A stretch of DNA of 10,000 bases from a bacterium (GTDB lineage Bacteria > Electryoneota > Electryoneia > Electryoneales > Electryoneaceae), in the NCBI GenBank assembly GCA_043801585.1, contig JAZDLX010000108.1, positions 1 through 10,000 on the forward strand, written 5' to 3'. Both the position numbers and the translations under genes were made by a program. Below the pieces are notes generated by a model, which made no database searches, was not told where the DNA came from, and saw nothing but the letters and a program-made list of their open reading frames with translations. The first letter of the stretch is position 1. Each line of letters starts with the position of its first letter. This document shows positions 1-8,800 of the stretch, in pieces.

Positions 1-1
1 A

Positions 2-118
2 CGCAGGCACATCTTCCGATTATTCCCGGACTTTACTCGAGTCTTAAAGCGTTTCGAAAAACCGGAGAATGACTGCGCTGAGAGGTCAGCAGACGGGCGG
101 CATGGAAAGTCGTTCTGA
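2..118 (+). CDS. 3' end of an upstream gene, product unknown (partial)
   Basis: Frame 2 is open from the window edge to TGA 116-118 (RRHIFRLFPDFTRVLKRFEKPENDCAERSADGRHGKSF*) and mostly has G/C in third codon positions, like the other genes. Frame 1 is also open to TGA 70-72 but is AT-rich at third positions, so the frame is uncertain. Confidence 0.35.
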   Translation, partial: RRHIFRLFPDFTRVLKRFEKPENDCAERSADGRHGKSF

Positions 119-156
119 GACGTACCCCGTGCAACCCGATGAAAAACGGAATCGAG

Positions 157-181
157 CCCGTTTCCCGAAAGGGACAACGGG
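157..181 (+). other. GC-rich hairpin with GAAA tetraloop in the leader of the sulfotransferase gene
   Basis: CCCGTTTCCC-GAAA-GGGA(C)AACGGG forms a 10-bp stem with one bulged C and a GNRA loop. There is no U-tract, so it is not called a terminator. Confidence 0.45.
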
Positions 182-204
182 AGAGGCCGGGAAACTGTTT
201 AAAC

Positions 205-1279
205 ATGTTGGAACTTGATCAAACTTCACCTACTCTCGCGGATCAACTGCGGGAAACCATGAGTCAGATTCAGAAGGGGCAGGTGGAATCCGCGTTGAAG
301 GCTCTCCTGGACCTTGAGCGGGACGGTGCGATGATCCAGGGACAGCTCTCCCTGAAGGCGCTCTGTCTTTTGAAACTGGGCCGTCCCCGGGACGCCAGGA
401 CCGCGCTGGAGAACGAATTGAAACGGTTCCCCCCGGAAATGCCGAGGCAATCGGATTTCTGAAGCAAATGGATCAGATGACGGAAGACGCCAAAGTGGAG
501 GCCGTCGTCAGCCCGGATGCGGAGCAGAACCCGGTCTCGGAGACACCGCCGCTTTCCGCGTTTCGTTTCAGCAATGGCAAGGTGATGCCGTTCCTCTATG
601 TCGCTACCTACCCTCGCAGCGGCACCACCTGGATGCTGCGCAGCCTGATCCGACTTTTCAACGGCTAGGAGGCGGAACTCGATTCCGTGCAGTATAACGC
701 ATTCCGGGTTCCGCTGCTCGATGGGCACTATGAAGGATTCCGCAGTAAAATCGATCCTACCCGTCCCGCTATTATCAAGACCCACGACGAATATTCCAAG
801 TTCAAGGAGAGTGGGTTGCAGTCACGCGTGATCTACATGCTTCGGGACGGCCGTGATGCGCTGACCTCCTACTATTTTTCAAGCAGACCCGGGTGTGGAA
901 ACGCACCAGGGAAGAGGTGCGCTTTGACGCCCGTGAATTTGCCGTAGAGCTGCGCAAGGATGCAGCGGGCTGGTGCAGCCATATCGAAAACTGGCTGAAG
1001 GTGAAGGGCGTGGTGGTTGTACGTTATGAAGAAATGAAAGATGATTATGAGGGGGTGATCCGTAAGGTTCAGAGCGACATCACTCTTCCTGCCAGGTGCA
1101 CGATCGGAGAGCTGCGCCAGCAGTTCGTCGACGAGTTCAAACCCAATGGCGATTTTTTCCGCAAGGGAATCGTCGGAGACTGGCAGAACTACTGGAATGA
1201 AGAACACAAGGCCATTTTCAAGGAAAAGGTCGGCGATGTTCTGATTCGGCTGGGCTATGAAAACGATTCGAACTGGTGA
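205..1279 (+). pseudogene. TPR-fused PAPS-dependent sulfotransferase (Sulfotransfer_1-type), disrupted by 2 frameshifts and 1 in-frame TAG (pseudogene or sequence error)
   Basis: ORFs 139-462, 468-668, 687-947 and 893-1279 join into one ~357-358 aa protein. It has an N-terminal TPR (QKGQVESALKALL...KALCLLKLGRPRDARTALENELKRFP-GNAEAIGFLKQ), the 5'-PSB loop YVATYPRSGTTW, IIKTH, the 3'-PB motif VIYMLRDGRDALTSYYF, WCSHIENW, RYEEMK and the C-terminal FFRKGIVGDW motif. The lesions are a frameshift at C6 429-434, TAG 666-668 and a frameshift at T5 875-879. Start ATG 205 is tentative (139 and 259 are also in frame). Confidence 0.88.
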
Positions 1280-1304
1280 GTCTGTTGAACTGTTGTAAGA
1301 AGAG

Positions 1305-2939
1305 TTACCCTCGAACGAGTTGCCTGAAAAGTTCGTGATACCGCTCCGCTTGCCGCTCAAGGGGATAGATCGTTACCGCCCGTCGTCTGCACGATTCACG
1401 CATGGAGCCAATGGCATCCTGAGCAAGCACCCATTGGATTCCCTGTGCAAGATCCTTGACATCGAACGGTTCCGCCAGGTAGCCCGTCTGTTTGTGTTCG
1501 ACCATGTCGGGGATGCCGCCGATGGCGAATCCGACCACGGGTGTCCCGCACGCCAGCGATTCCAGCACGGTGTTGGGAAGGTTGTCCTCGAGCGAAGGGA
1601 TCGCAAAGAGATCCGAAGCGCTGTACACATCCGCAATCTTTTTTTCACCTGACAACGACCCGAGGTGAAGCACACGGAAACGGTTCGGCGGGGATAGTTG
1701 TGGCGGTTCCTTGCCGAAAGTGACCAGCGCTATTCGCTCCTGCGCAGGCAGCATCCGGTCAAGTTCGGGAAGTGCCTTCACCAGCAGTTGAAATCCCTTT
1801 CGCAGGTTGCCCACCGAATCCGCACCGAAGAGAATCATTTTTTCCTCGGGATCTACCCCGAGTTTCCGGCGCTGTTTGTCACGGTCGCCCGGCTGAAAGA
1901 GATCCAGGGGGAGGCCGTAGGGGATATGATGGACAGGGAATTTTCCAAGCAGGGTCGAGGATTGCGCCTCCTGCTGCAGCCAACGGGAAGGTGTCACCAC
2001 ATCGAGAGAGATTTGTTCGTAGAGCGTGCGGCGCGTATTCCAGATCGCACGAGACAGGTCATCTTCCCGGGTCGATCCCAGCACCGGACATGCGCCACAC
2101 TGGTGACGGTAGTTGAAGCATCCCGCCGAATAGTGGCACCCCCCCGCGAACGCGTGGATGTCATGCAGGGTCCAGACGGAAGCTTTCCCACGAAGCAGGC
2201 CGCCGAGGGTGGGATAATCGACGATCCCGGCGATCCAGTGCAGGTTCACGATGTCGGCATCGCGGACTCCCCGCAACAGGTCGATCCGTGAGGTCGAACG
2301 TGCGTCAGTGAACGCTTCCAAGCCGGTTGGGCGAGTCGGATAAGGCGCCATGTTCCGGCGCCAGCGCTCCGTTGTCTGTTTCCAGACTGTCTCCCGCTCG
2401 TCCTGAGGCAGGGCGTCCATGATCTCGCCGGTTCCCGGATCGGGCGGGAGAACCAGAACCGTCGGATCGTCCCGCCGTTTCATCACCACAAACATCGTAC
2501 TTTCGACGCCGATTGCCCGCAGCCCGAGATGCAGCCGGTAGGCGGAGGTTCCTGCACCGCCGCTGTCCGACACGGATATCATCGCCACCCGCAACGGATG
2601 TTCAGGATGATCCGTTGACTTTTCGGGCGGTGCCGCCTGCCTCCTTTGACGTGCTCCCTCCGTTGGAGCTGGCGGCGGGGTGGAGGGTGCAGACGATCCA
2701 CCGAGAGCAGCGTGAAGAGAATGGTGATCCTCCGTCCATTGGTCGCGAGGCAGACGGTCGAGGATCATTCGACTTAGATCGGGTTGTCCCGCGAGCTGAA
2801 AGACTCTCGCAAGCGCTGAGATTTCATCGGGTGTGTAAGGGCCGGCGTCCCTCTGCATGGCACTATAGACGGTATCGAACGCATCGAATGCATGACCTGA
2901 TTCCGCAGAGTGTAACGCCTCCTCAATCCACGCCTTCAT
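1305..2939 (-). CDS. Glycosyltransferase family 4, WcaC-like, with N-terminal helical module (544 aa)
   Basis: Motifs RVAMISVSDSGGAGTSAYRLH, DADIVNLHWI, VWTLHDIHAFAGGCHY...C...CGACP, VVTPSRWL and SDLFAIPSLEDNLPNTVLESLACGTPVVGFAIGGIPDMV are typical of GT4_WcaC-like enzymes. ATG 2939 has GGAG 7 nt upstream, so it is preferred over TTG 2951. Stop is TAA. Confidence 0.93.
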   Translation of the reverse strand: MKAWIEEALHSAESGHAFDAFDTVYSAMQRDAGPYTPDEISALARVFQLAGQPDLSRMILDRLPRDQWTEDHHSLHAALGGSSAPSTPPPAPTEGARQRRQAAPPEKSTDHPEHPLRVAMISVSDSGGAGTSAYRLHLGLRAIGVESTMFVVMKRRDDPTVLVLPPDPGTGEIMDALPQDERETVWKQTTERWRRNMAPYPTRPTGLEAFTDARSTSRIDLLRGVRDADIVNLHWIAGIVDYPTLGGLLRGKASVWTLHDIHAFAGGCHYSAGCFNYRHQCGACPVLGSTREDDLSRAIWNTRRTLYEQISLDVVTPSRWLQQEAQSSTLLGKFPVHHIPYGLPLDLFQPGDRDKQRRKLGVDPEEKMILFGADSVGNLRKGFQLLVKALPELDRMLPAQERIALVTFGKEPPQLSPPNRFRVLHLGSLSGEKKIADVYSASDLFAIPSLEDNLPNTVLESLACGTPVVGFAIGGIPDMVEHKQTGYLAEPFDVKDLAQGIQWVLAQDAIGSMRESCRRRAVTIYPLERQAERYHELFRQLVRG

Positions 2940-3017
2940 CGCATTCTCCAAGTCGACCCAAGGATCGCCTGTCCCCTCTGAACTGAATAGTGCAACCTAC
3001 GAGAACACAAGTACGAA

Positions 3018-3033
3018 CGCAACGGCTGCACCG
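3018..3033 (-). promoter_or_regulatory. Putative sigma-54 promoter (weaker match) for the WcaC-like GT4 gene
   Basis: The minus strand reads CGGTGCAGCCGTTGCG, with exact GG-N10-GC spacing and a TTGC -12 box, ~80 nt upstream of ATG 2939. The -24 box deviates from TGGCAC. Confidence 0.45.
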
Positions 3034-3235
3034 CATGCCCATGTTTGTGTTTCTGGGATTTTGTGGATCGTTTTTCTCACGGCTCAACCGCGCGAGCGGA
3101 AAGATCTGCCGCATTGAATTCATTAAACATGATTTCACTTCGAAGGTGACGGGAATACCAATAAACCTGGCATCATAAAACGTGTAATAACAAATAATTA
3201 TTGTCTGGTGATCGACTGCCGGAATGACGCTCGGA

Positions 3236-3251
3236 TGGCACATGGCTTGCA
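3236..3251 (+). promoter_or_regulatory. Sigma-54 (-24/-12) promoter for the methyltransferase-GT2 operon
   Basis: TGGCACATGGCTTGCA is a perfect match to TGGCAC-N5-TTGCW. It lies ~90 nt upstream of ATG 3341, downstream of an AT-rich tract. Confidence 0.82.
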
Positions 3252-3340
3252 AGGAGGAAGCAGGGACCTGTGTCTTCAGGAAAACGTTGAAGGATCTCTT
3301 GGATAAACAAGTAATTAGGTGGAAATATCGGGATTCAATC

Positions 3341-4510
3341 ATGAGCGATGTGGAGAAACTGCAGCGAGCGATTTTACTGAATGCTGAAGGTGAGCAGCAT
3401 TTCGCACAGGGAGAGGTCGAGGCTGCCCTGGAATTGTATCAGAAGGCTTTACGAGTCGCGCCGGATTTTGTTACGGCGTGGAACAATCGTGGAGTAGCGG
3501 AGGCGAGTCTGCGTCGCTTTCCGGAAGCTGTGGCCTCGCTTGCGGTTGCTGCCAGCATGGTGCCCGATGAGCCCAATGTGAGCGACAATTCCCGGATGCT
3601 TCTCGACCTGCTGAAACTGCCCCTTCCGAATGGTGAAGGGTTGCAGGCGTGGGGAGCGTCGCTCAATCCGCTGCCTCCCGTTCTCGCCGGTGATGATGGG
3701 AGCGAGATTCGGGATCGACTGATGCTGCTCGGTCTGGCCGCGACTCAATCAGGCAATGGCGGTGTAGAGCCTGCCGACTCCCCGCAACACGTGGAAACGG
3801 AACCGGAATCCGAAGTCAACCTGGAATTCCTCGAGCGTCAAAAGGAGTTCTGGAACGTCACCGATGAGCGGGAAGCCCGATACGGTCGCATTGTGACCGA
3901 TGGCAGAATCAATCGAATGAATCACGAGGAGCAGGATCGCGTCTGGGAAGATTCGGTCGAGTGGAGTATCAATCATCTGTTCGATGGACTGACCCCCAGG
4001 CCTGAGTGGACCATCCTTGACATCGGCTGTGGCATCGGACGGATGGTGAAGCCTCTGCGTGAACGGTTTGCACGGGTGGATGGTGTCGATATCGCGGAAA
4101 CGATGATTGAAATGGGAAATCAATACCTGAGTGATGCATCCGGTCACGGCCGTCTGCTGGTCAACAGCGGGTACGACCTGAAGCCGTTGCCGGCCAACGA
4201 CTATGACCTCGTCTATTCCACCATCGTCTTCCAGCACATCCGCAGCGCATCCGTCGTCCGCAACTACCTCAGGGAAACCCTTCGTGTTCTGAAACCGGGT
4301 GGCGTCTTCAGGTTGCAGGTGCACGATACGTCGAATCCGAAGATGGGGCGATTCGATGAAGAGGCGGACGCCAGCGTGCAATACGAATTCTACGGCAACG
4401 CCTATGAGCCACGGCAGCTCGAATCACTGCTTCGTGAAGCAGGATTTGTCAACGTCAGCTCCACTCACAATTCGCCCTGGATCTGGGCAACAGCCCGCAA
4501 GGTTGGCTGA
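3341..4510 (+). CDS. TPR-fused class I SAM-dependent methyltransferase (389 aa)
   Basis: N-terminal TPRs (LNAEGEQHFAQGEVEAALELYQKALRVAPDFVTAWNNRGVAEASLRRFPEAVASL) are followed by an acidic/Pro linker, then motif I ILDIGCGIG, VDGVDI, YDLVYSTIVFQHI and LRVLKPGGVF. ATG 3341 has GGGA upstream and lies downstream of the sigma-54 site. Confidence 0.92.
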   Translation: MSDVEKLQRAILLNAEGEQHFAQGEVEAALELYQKALRVAPDFVTAWNNRGVAEASLRRFPEAVASLAVAASMVPDEPNVSDNSRMLLDLLKLPLPNGEGLQAWGASLNPLPPVLAGDDGSEIRDRLMLLGLAATQSGNGGVEPADSPQHVETEPESEVNLEFLERQKEFWNVTDEREARYGRIVTDGRINRMNHEEQDRVWEDSVEWSINHLFDGLTPRPEWTILDIGCGIGRMVKPLRERFARVDGVDIAETMIEMGNQYLSDASGHGRLLVNSGYDLKPLPANDYDLVYSTIVFQHIRSASVVRNYLRETLRVLKPGGVFRLQVHDTSNPKMGRFDEEADASVQYEFYGNAYEPRQLESLLREAGFVNVSSTHNSPWIWATARKVG

Positions 4511-4524
4511 AAAAGACGAAGGGT

Positions 4525-5826
4525 GTGCGAGACATCATGCAAGTTCGTTTTTCACAGGAGATGGACAACAGGGCAGTGACAGAACGGGAGCTTGACACCC
4601 GCCATCAGGATGCCTATCGGGTGAGCGCTGTCGTTTCGGTTTACAAGTCTACCCGGTTTCTTGGTGGCCTGTTCGAGGATCTGTTGGCTCAAACGCTTTA
4701 TCAGCGTGGTGAACTTGAGATTGTGGTGGTTGACAGCGCCTCACCAGAGAACGACTGGGACATCATCAAGCGATACGCGGATAATTATCTTCACATCCGC
4801 GCGATCCGGACCAGTGATCGCGAATCCCTGTACCAGGCGTGGAACCGGGGAATCGTCGAATCCCGTGGCCGGTACATCACCAACGCCAACACCGATGACC
4901 GGCATCACCCGGAAGCATTGGAAACCATCGCCAACGCGCTTGATCAGCACCCGGATATATCCCTCATTTACAGCGATCAGTATGTCTCCTCCGTTTTCAA
5001 CGAAACCTTCGAACAAAACAGCCGGGTAAAGCTGCTGCGTCCCGCCGATTACTTTGCACCTTCGCTGCTTCTGGCCTATCCGTTCGGGCCTCAGCCAATG
5101 TGGCGCCGCGAGGTGCACGATGAGATTGGTTTGTTTGACGGGAGCTACAAAGCGACTGGGGATTTCGATTTTGCCATTCGTTTTGCCCGGAAATTCAAGG
5201 CGATGCACCTCTCCCAACCTCTCGGACTTTACTATGTCGGGGACTCGGCTATCTCTTTCCGTGACGATACAATGGCTGTGGAAAACGGCAGGATCGTATC
5301 CACCTGGTACAATCGCGACACCATCCTCGAATTGTACCGGATCGAAGGCGTTGCACTCACCTCAGCCGAACAAAGGGCGGCGGCGCTCCTCGATTTCGGC
5401 TTGCGAGCGCTGGAATTTTACTCCTCATGGAACTACGGGAAGGCGCAGCGGAAGATTCATCTCGCCCTGGAGTGTTTCCAACTGGCTGCGGAGGAGGCGC
5501 CGGGTTGGGTGCCCTCATTGAATAATGCCGCGTTAACGATTGCACTTGAAGGCGGGATTGACGAAGCGGTGAAACTGCTCGAGATGGCATTTGGCGTAAC
5601 GAGAGAGGAGACGCTTCGCCGGAACGTGCAGATCCTTCAGTCGGCACGGAAGGGAAACAGCTTCGTTTCGGATATCCGCTGGATGCCTTCGGGATTGTCC
5701 TTGCCGAGCGAGCCCGAGTTGTTCCACGTTGATGTACCTCGCATCACAGCCGCACAGCAGGTGAATCCTCTTCTACAAGCCGATGCAGCACCGTTCACCC
5801 ACACCGGCCGGGATGACAGAAGCTGA
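4525..5826 (+). CDS. Glycosyltransferase family 2 with C-terminal TPR-like region
   Basis: GT-A motifs VSAVVSVYKS...LLAQT...LEIVVVDSASPE, ESLYQAWNRG, RGRYITNANTDDR, MWRREVHDEIGLFD and GDFDF. The C-terminal segment ALECFQLAAEEAPGWVPSLNNAALTIALEGGIDEAVKLLEMA is TPR-like. It begins just after the methyltransferase stop. The exact start is uncertain (4525, 4537, 4561 or 4576). Confidence 0.92.
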   Translation: MRDIMQVRFSQEMDNRAVTERELDTRHQDAYRVSAVVSVYKSTRFLGGLFEDLLAQTLYQRGELEIVVVDSASPENDWDIIKRYADNYLHIRAIRTSDRESLYQAWNRGIVESRGRYITNANTDDRHHPEALETIANALDQHPDISLIYSDQYVSSVFNETFEQNSRVKLLRPADYFAPSLLLAYPFGPQPMWRREVHDEIGLFDGSYKATGDFDFAIRFARKFKAMHLSQPLGLYYVGDSAISFRDDTMAVENGRIVSTWYNRDTILELYRIEGVALTSAEQRAAALLDFGLRALEFYSSWNYGKAQRKIHLALECFQLAAEEAPGWVPSLNNAALTIALEGGIDEAVKLLEMAFGVTREETLRRNVQILQSARKGNSFVSDIRWMPSGLSLPSEPELFHVDVPRITAAQQVNPLLQADAAPFTHTGRDDRS

Positions 5827-5875
5827 TCATCATCCAGGCCGATCTCACGCACTACCCGGATTGTCGAGGTGTTTT

Positions 5876-8800
5876 CTAAGCGATATCGACGGTCGAAAGG
5901 ATACGTGAACGCAACGTCATGTTCCGCAGTTGCCAAGTTGCTGTTACGCCAGGTCGGACCAGGGATGGGTGAATACGTGGATATTTCGCCAGTAAGGCAC
6001 GTTCGTTGTTGCCGAGAGGACGATAAAATTCAGAGTGTCTGCCGATCAACTCAAGTTTCGCTTCGAACTCTTTTTCCTTGCGGACTTGTGCCATGGTCGA
6101 ATCGGGCGGCTTGCGATAGAATTTTCCGATCATGTCGATCCGTCTTCCTCTCCAGCCAAGACTCATGCCGTTGATCCAGTGCTCCCAATCCTCGTAAAGG
6201 TTCATCGTTGTTGGATAGCCACCCGTCTCTTCGAACATCTCGCGGCGTTCCATGGAGGAGGGGAGGCAGATGTTGTGGGTCAGCAAACGCCAGGGATCGA
6301 AGGGCCAGATACTCCAGTAACGGTTGATTTCGCCGTACTGCAGGACAACAGGGTAGACCCATCCGAGGTCCGGTTCGCTCAGCAGCGCGCGACGTGCGGC
6401 TTCAAGATATCCTGGAGCCAGCGAGTCGTCGGCGTCCAGGCAGACAATAAAGCGGCCACTCGTTTCCTCCACGCCCCGGTTGCGTGTTGCGCTGCGTTCG
6501 GCGTTCCGCTGATGGATCACACGAATGCGGGGATCGCCGTATTCCTGCACCAGTCGTTCGGCTATCTGACCCGAATCATCCGTCGAACCGTCGTCAATGA
6601 CGACACACTCCCAGTTTGCATAGCTCTGTGCACGGAGGCTGTCGAGGACTTCCCTCAGGTATCGACCCTGGTTATGGAGCGGCACCACCACTGCCACATC
6701 GGGACTCGTGTCTTCGCCCGGAGAGGGGACAGGGATTCGGGTCCGGTTTATCCGCACCATCACCTCGCGCAGCAGCTCGGGCTGGTCGTTCACAACCGAA
6801 AGGCTGAGCAATCTGGTGCTCAGGCCGGGCCCGCTATCTGCATTGTCGAGGCGCGAGCGTAACCGACTGGCGAGTTGCAGCCTGACCGTCGGATCGAGTT
6901 GGCTTTCGAGGGAGCGCATACTGCTGATCACATCGAGGTTCAAGGGGTCGAGGTCGAGAGCGTTTTCGAACGAGGTCAGGGCGAGATCCAGTGAATGGGG
7001 GACCAACAGTTGACCGGTCACGGCGAGTCCTTCAGCCGTTGGTTTTCTCTTCACCGACTCGTTGATCTCCTGCAGACCCTCTTCTGTTTCACCGCTTTGG
7101 ATCAGGACCCGCGCAAATCGAATCCGGACCGATTCCACATCTTCACCGGGCGTGACGAGCGATGACGGCCCGTGCAGTTTAATCAGCATTCTGGCTACTC
7201 GCAGCTGAATACGGTCTGGCACACGGCTCTGAATGGACAGAAGAGAAAGCTGCACACCCTCGCCGCGGAGACTGCTCCAGGTGAGTGACCGGGCGCGTTC
7301 GCCGAAGATGTGGACCCAGAGCCACTCTCCCAGTTCGGGGTCCAACCCTCCGAACCGTTCCAGTTTCGCCCGTCGCAGAACATGACCGGTCAATGGAGGA
7401 AGACGCCGTTCCCGTCCTGGTTCGAGGGGAACGACCGCGTCATAGAGGAGCGGAAGAAGATCACTCATCATGCGTGGGTGTGTGAACGGATCGGCGCCGG
7501 GTTGAATCTCCATCCCCGTCAACGGGCGCATGAAGAGCACATCGGGCGGATCGGATTGTTCCAGCCGGAGTATCAGCGATTTCAACGAATCGGGATTCAT
7601 CCGGTCACCCGCACGCAGCAGCAGGGCATGGCGTGCACGGCCAGCGCTGAGCCCTGTTTGCAGCCATGCTCCTTCAGCCTCCATCCGAGTCGGCGGACAC
7701 ACAACTCGCAGCAATCCCGGTGAAGGTTGCATTTCGCGAATCGTGTCCGGTGGTCGTTGACTGACTACGATGCATTCAACATCCGTTGGGGCGAGTGAGG
7801 CGAGAGTTGCGGAGAGTTCCTGGCTGGACACTGGAGAGTCAATGACCACGATGTCCAGAGGGGGCGTGCACTCTTTTTCTTCACGCAAGGTCTGGTACAG
7901 CCTCCCCGGCAGATCCTCCCCCAACGGCTCCACCTGTTGCGGGTCGAGCCTGCCTTCGATTAGAGCCACGTAACGGTTCGCCATCTTCTCAACGGCGTAG
8001 GCCTTGCGGAAATGGGAGAGGCCCTCCGTTCCAAGCTGATCGCGCAGGTCTGAATCGCGCAGCAGGCGTGTGATCATCTCGGGAAAACGGTGGAGCGGAG
8101 CGATCAGGCCGCCGCGGTGCAACCTTGCGTTGGACACGGTTGCGTTGGCCAGCCACGGCAACCCACGGCTCATCGCTTCGAGCAGCACGATGGGAGGACC
8201 GCACTCACCCTGGCTCGGCAGGAGGAAGAGGTCCGCTTCGTCCATCGCGGCGAGAATCTTGCCGCGATTCAATCCCGGAACATGGTAGATCCGCTGGTCT
8301 TTCGCGAAAACCTTGAGGGCGAGACGGTAGTAATCAGGACGGTAGGAGCTCTCGCGCCCGATCAGCATCAGCGCCCAGTCTCCCGGTGTTGCGGACATCA
8401 CTTCGGCAAGCGCCACCTGGTTTTTAACCGGCCAGTAGTTCCCCACGTGCAGAAGCAACGGCCTGTTGTTCGCGATGCCGAGTTCACGGCGGATCGAAAA
8501 CCCGCTCTCCGGTTCCGGGACGTCAGCGCCGTCCAGAATCGGGGTGAAATCGATTCCTTCCTCAAGACAGAAGCGTGCATCATGACCGTCGTGGGACAGC
8601 GTCACGATGCGTGTGAATCCTCGCATCAGCGCGGCAAGATTGTGTCGAAATTCGCTCGCCTGTTTCCAGCGGCCATAGCCCTCGGCGTTGATGCAGGGGG
8701 CATAGTAGACCGGTGTTGTTTTTACATCCGCGAAGAACCAGCTAACCCAATTCGTCGGAGAACCGAGGGCGATGACAGCATCGTAGTAGCCTTCACGAAG

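Noticed and set aside
98..113. Sigma-54 promoter for the sulfotransferase (CGGCATGGAAAGTCGT)
   Set aside because: The -24-like box is present but there is no GC at -12, and the site lies inside the probable upstream CDS.
135..195. c-di-GMP-I riboswitch or hammerhead ribozyme (CCGATGA...GAAA; GAAA-loop stem)
   Set aside because: It lacks the GCAAA...GACGCAAAGC context of c-di-GMP-I. The hammerhead core would need CUGANGA with a stem closing directly before GAAA, which is not present.
429..434. Programmed phase variation at the C6 and T5 runs (also C7 at 2139-2145)
   Set aside because: The runs are shorter than typical contingency tracts, and a reversible switch would not explain the extra nonsense codon.
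666..668. In-frame TAG as evidence of amber recoding or pyrrolysine
   Set aside because: The large glycosyltransferase ends at a TAG (5876-5878), where readthrough would run into the convergent gene. No other gene has internal TAGs, and the same gene has two frameshifts, so a point lesion or error is simpler.
1280..1304. Bidirectional intrinsic terminators between convergent genes (also 5827-5875)
   Set aside because: No convincing GC stem with U/A tracts in either gap.
1305..2939. Assigning gene symbol wcaC or a colanic acid pathway
   Set aside because: The similarity is at subfamily level only. No other colanic acid genes are present and the protein has an extra N-terminal module.
3224..3340. 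N-terminal extension of the methyltransferase in the ORF track
   Set aside because: It overlaps the sigma-54 promoter and is AT-rich. The TPR begins right after ATG 3341.
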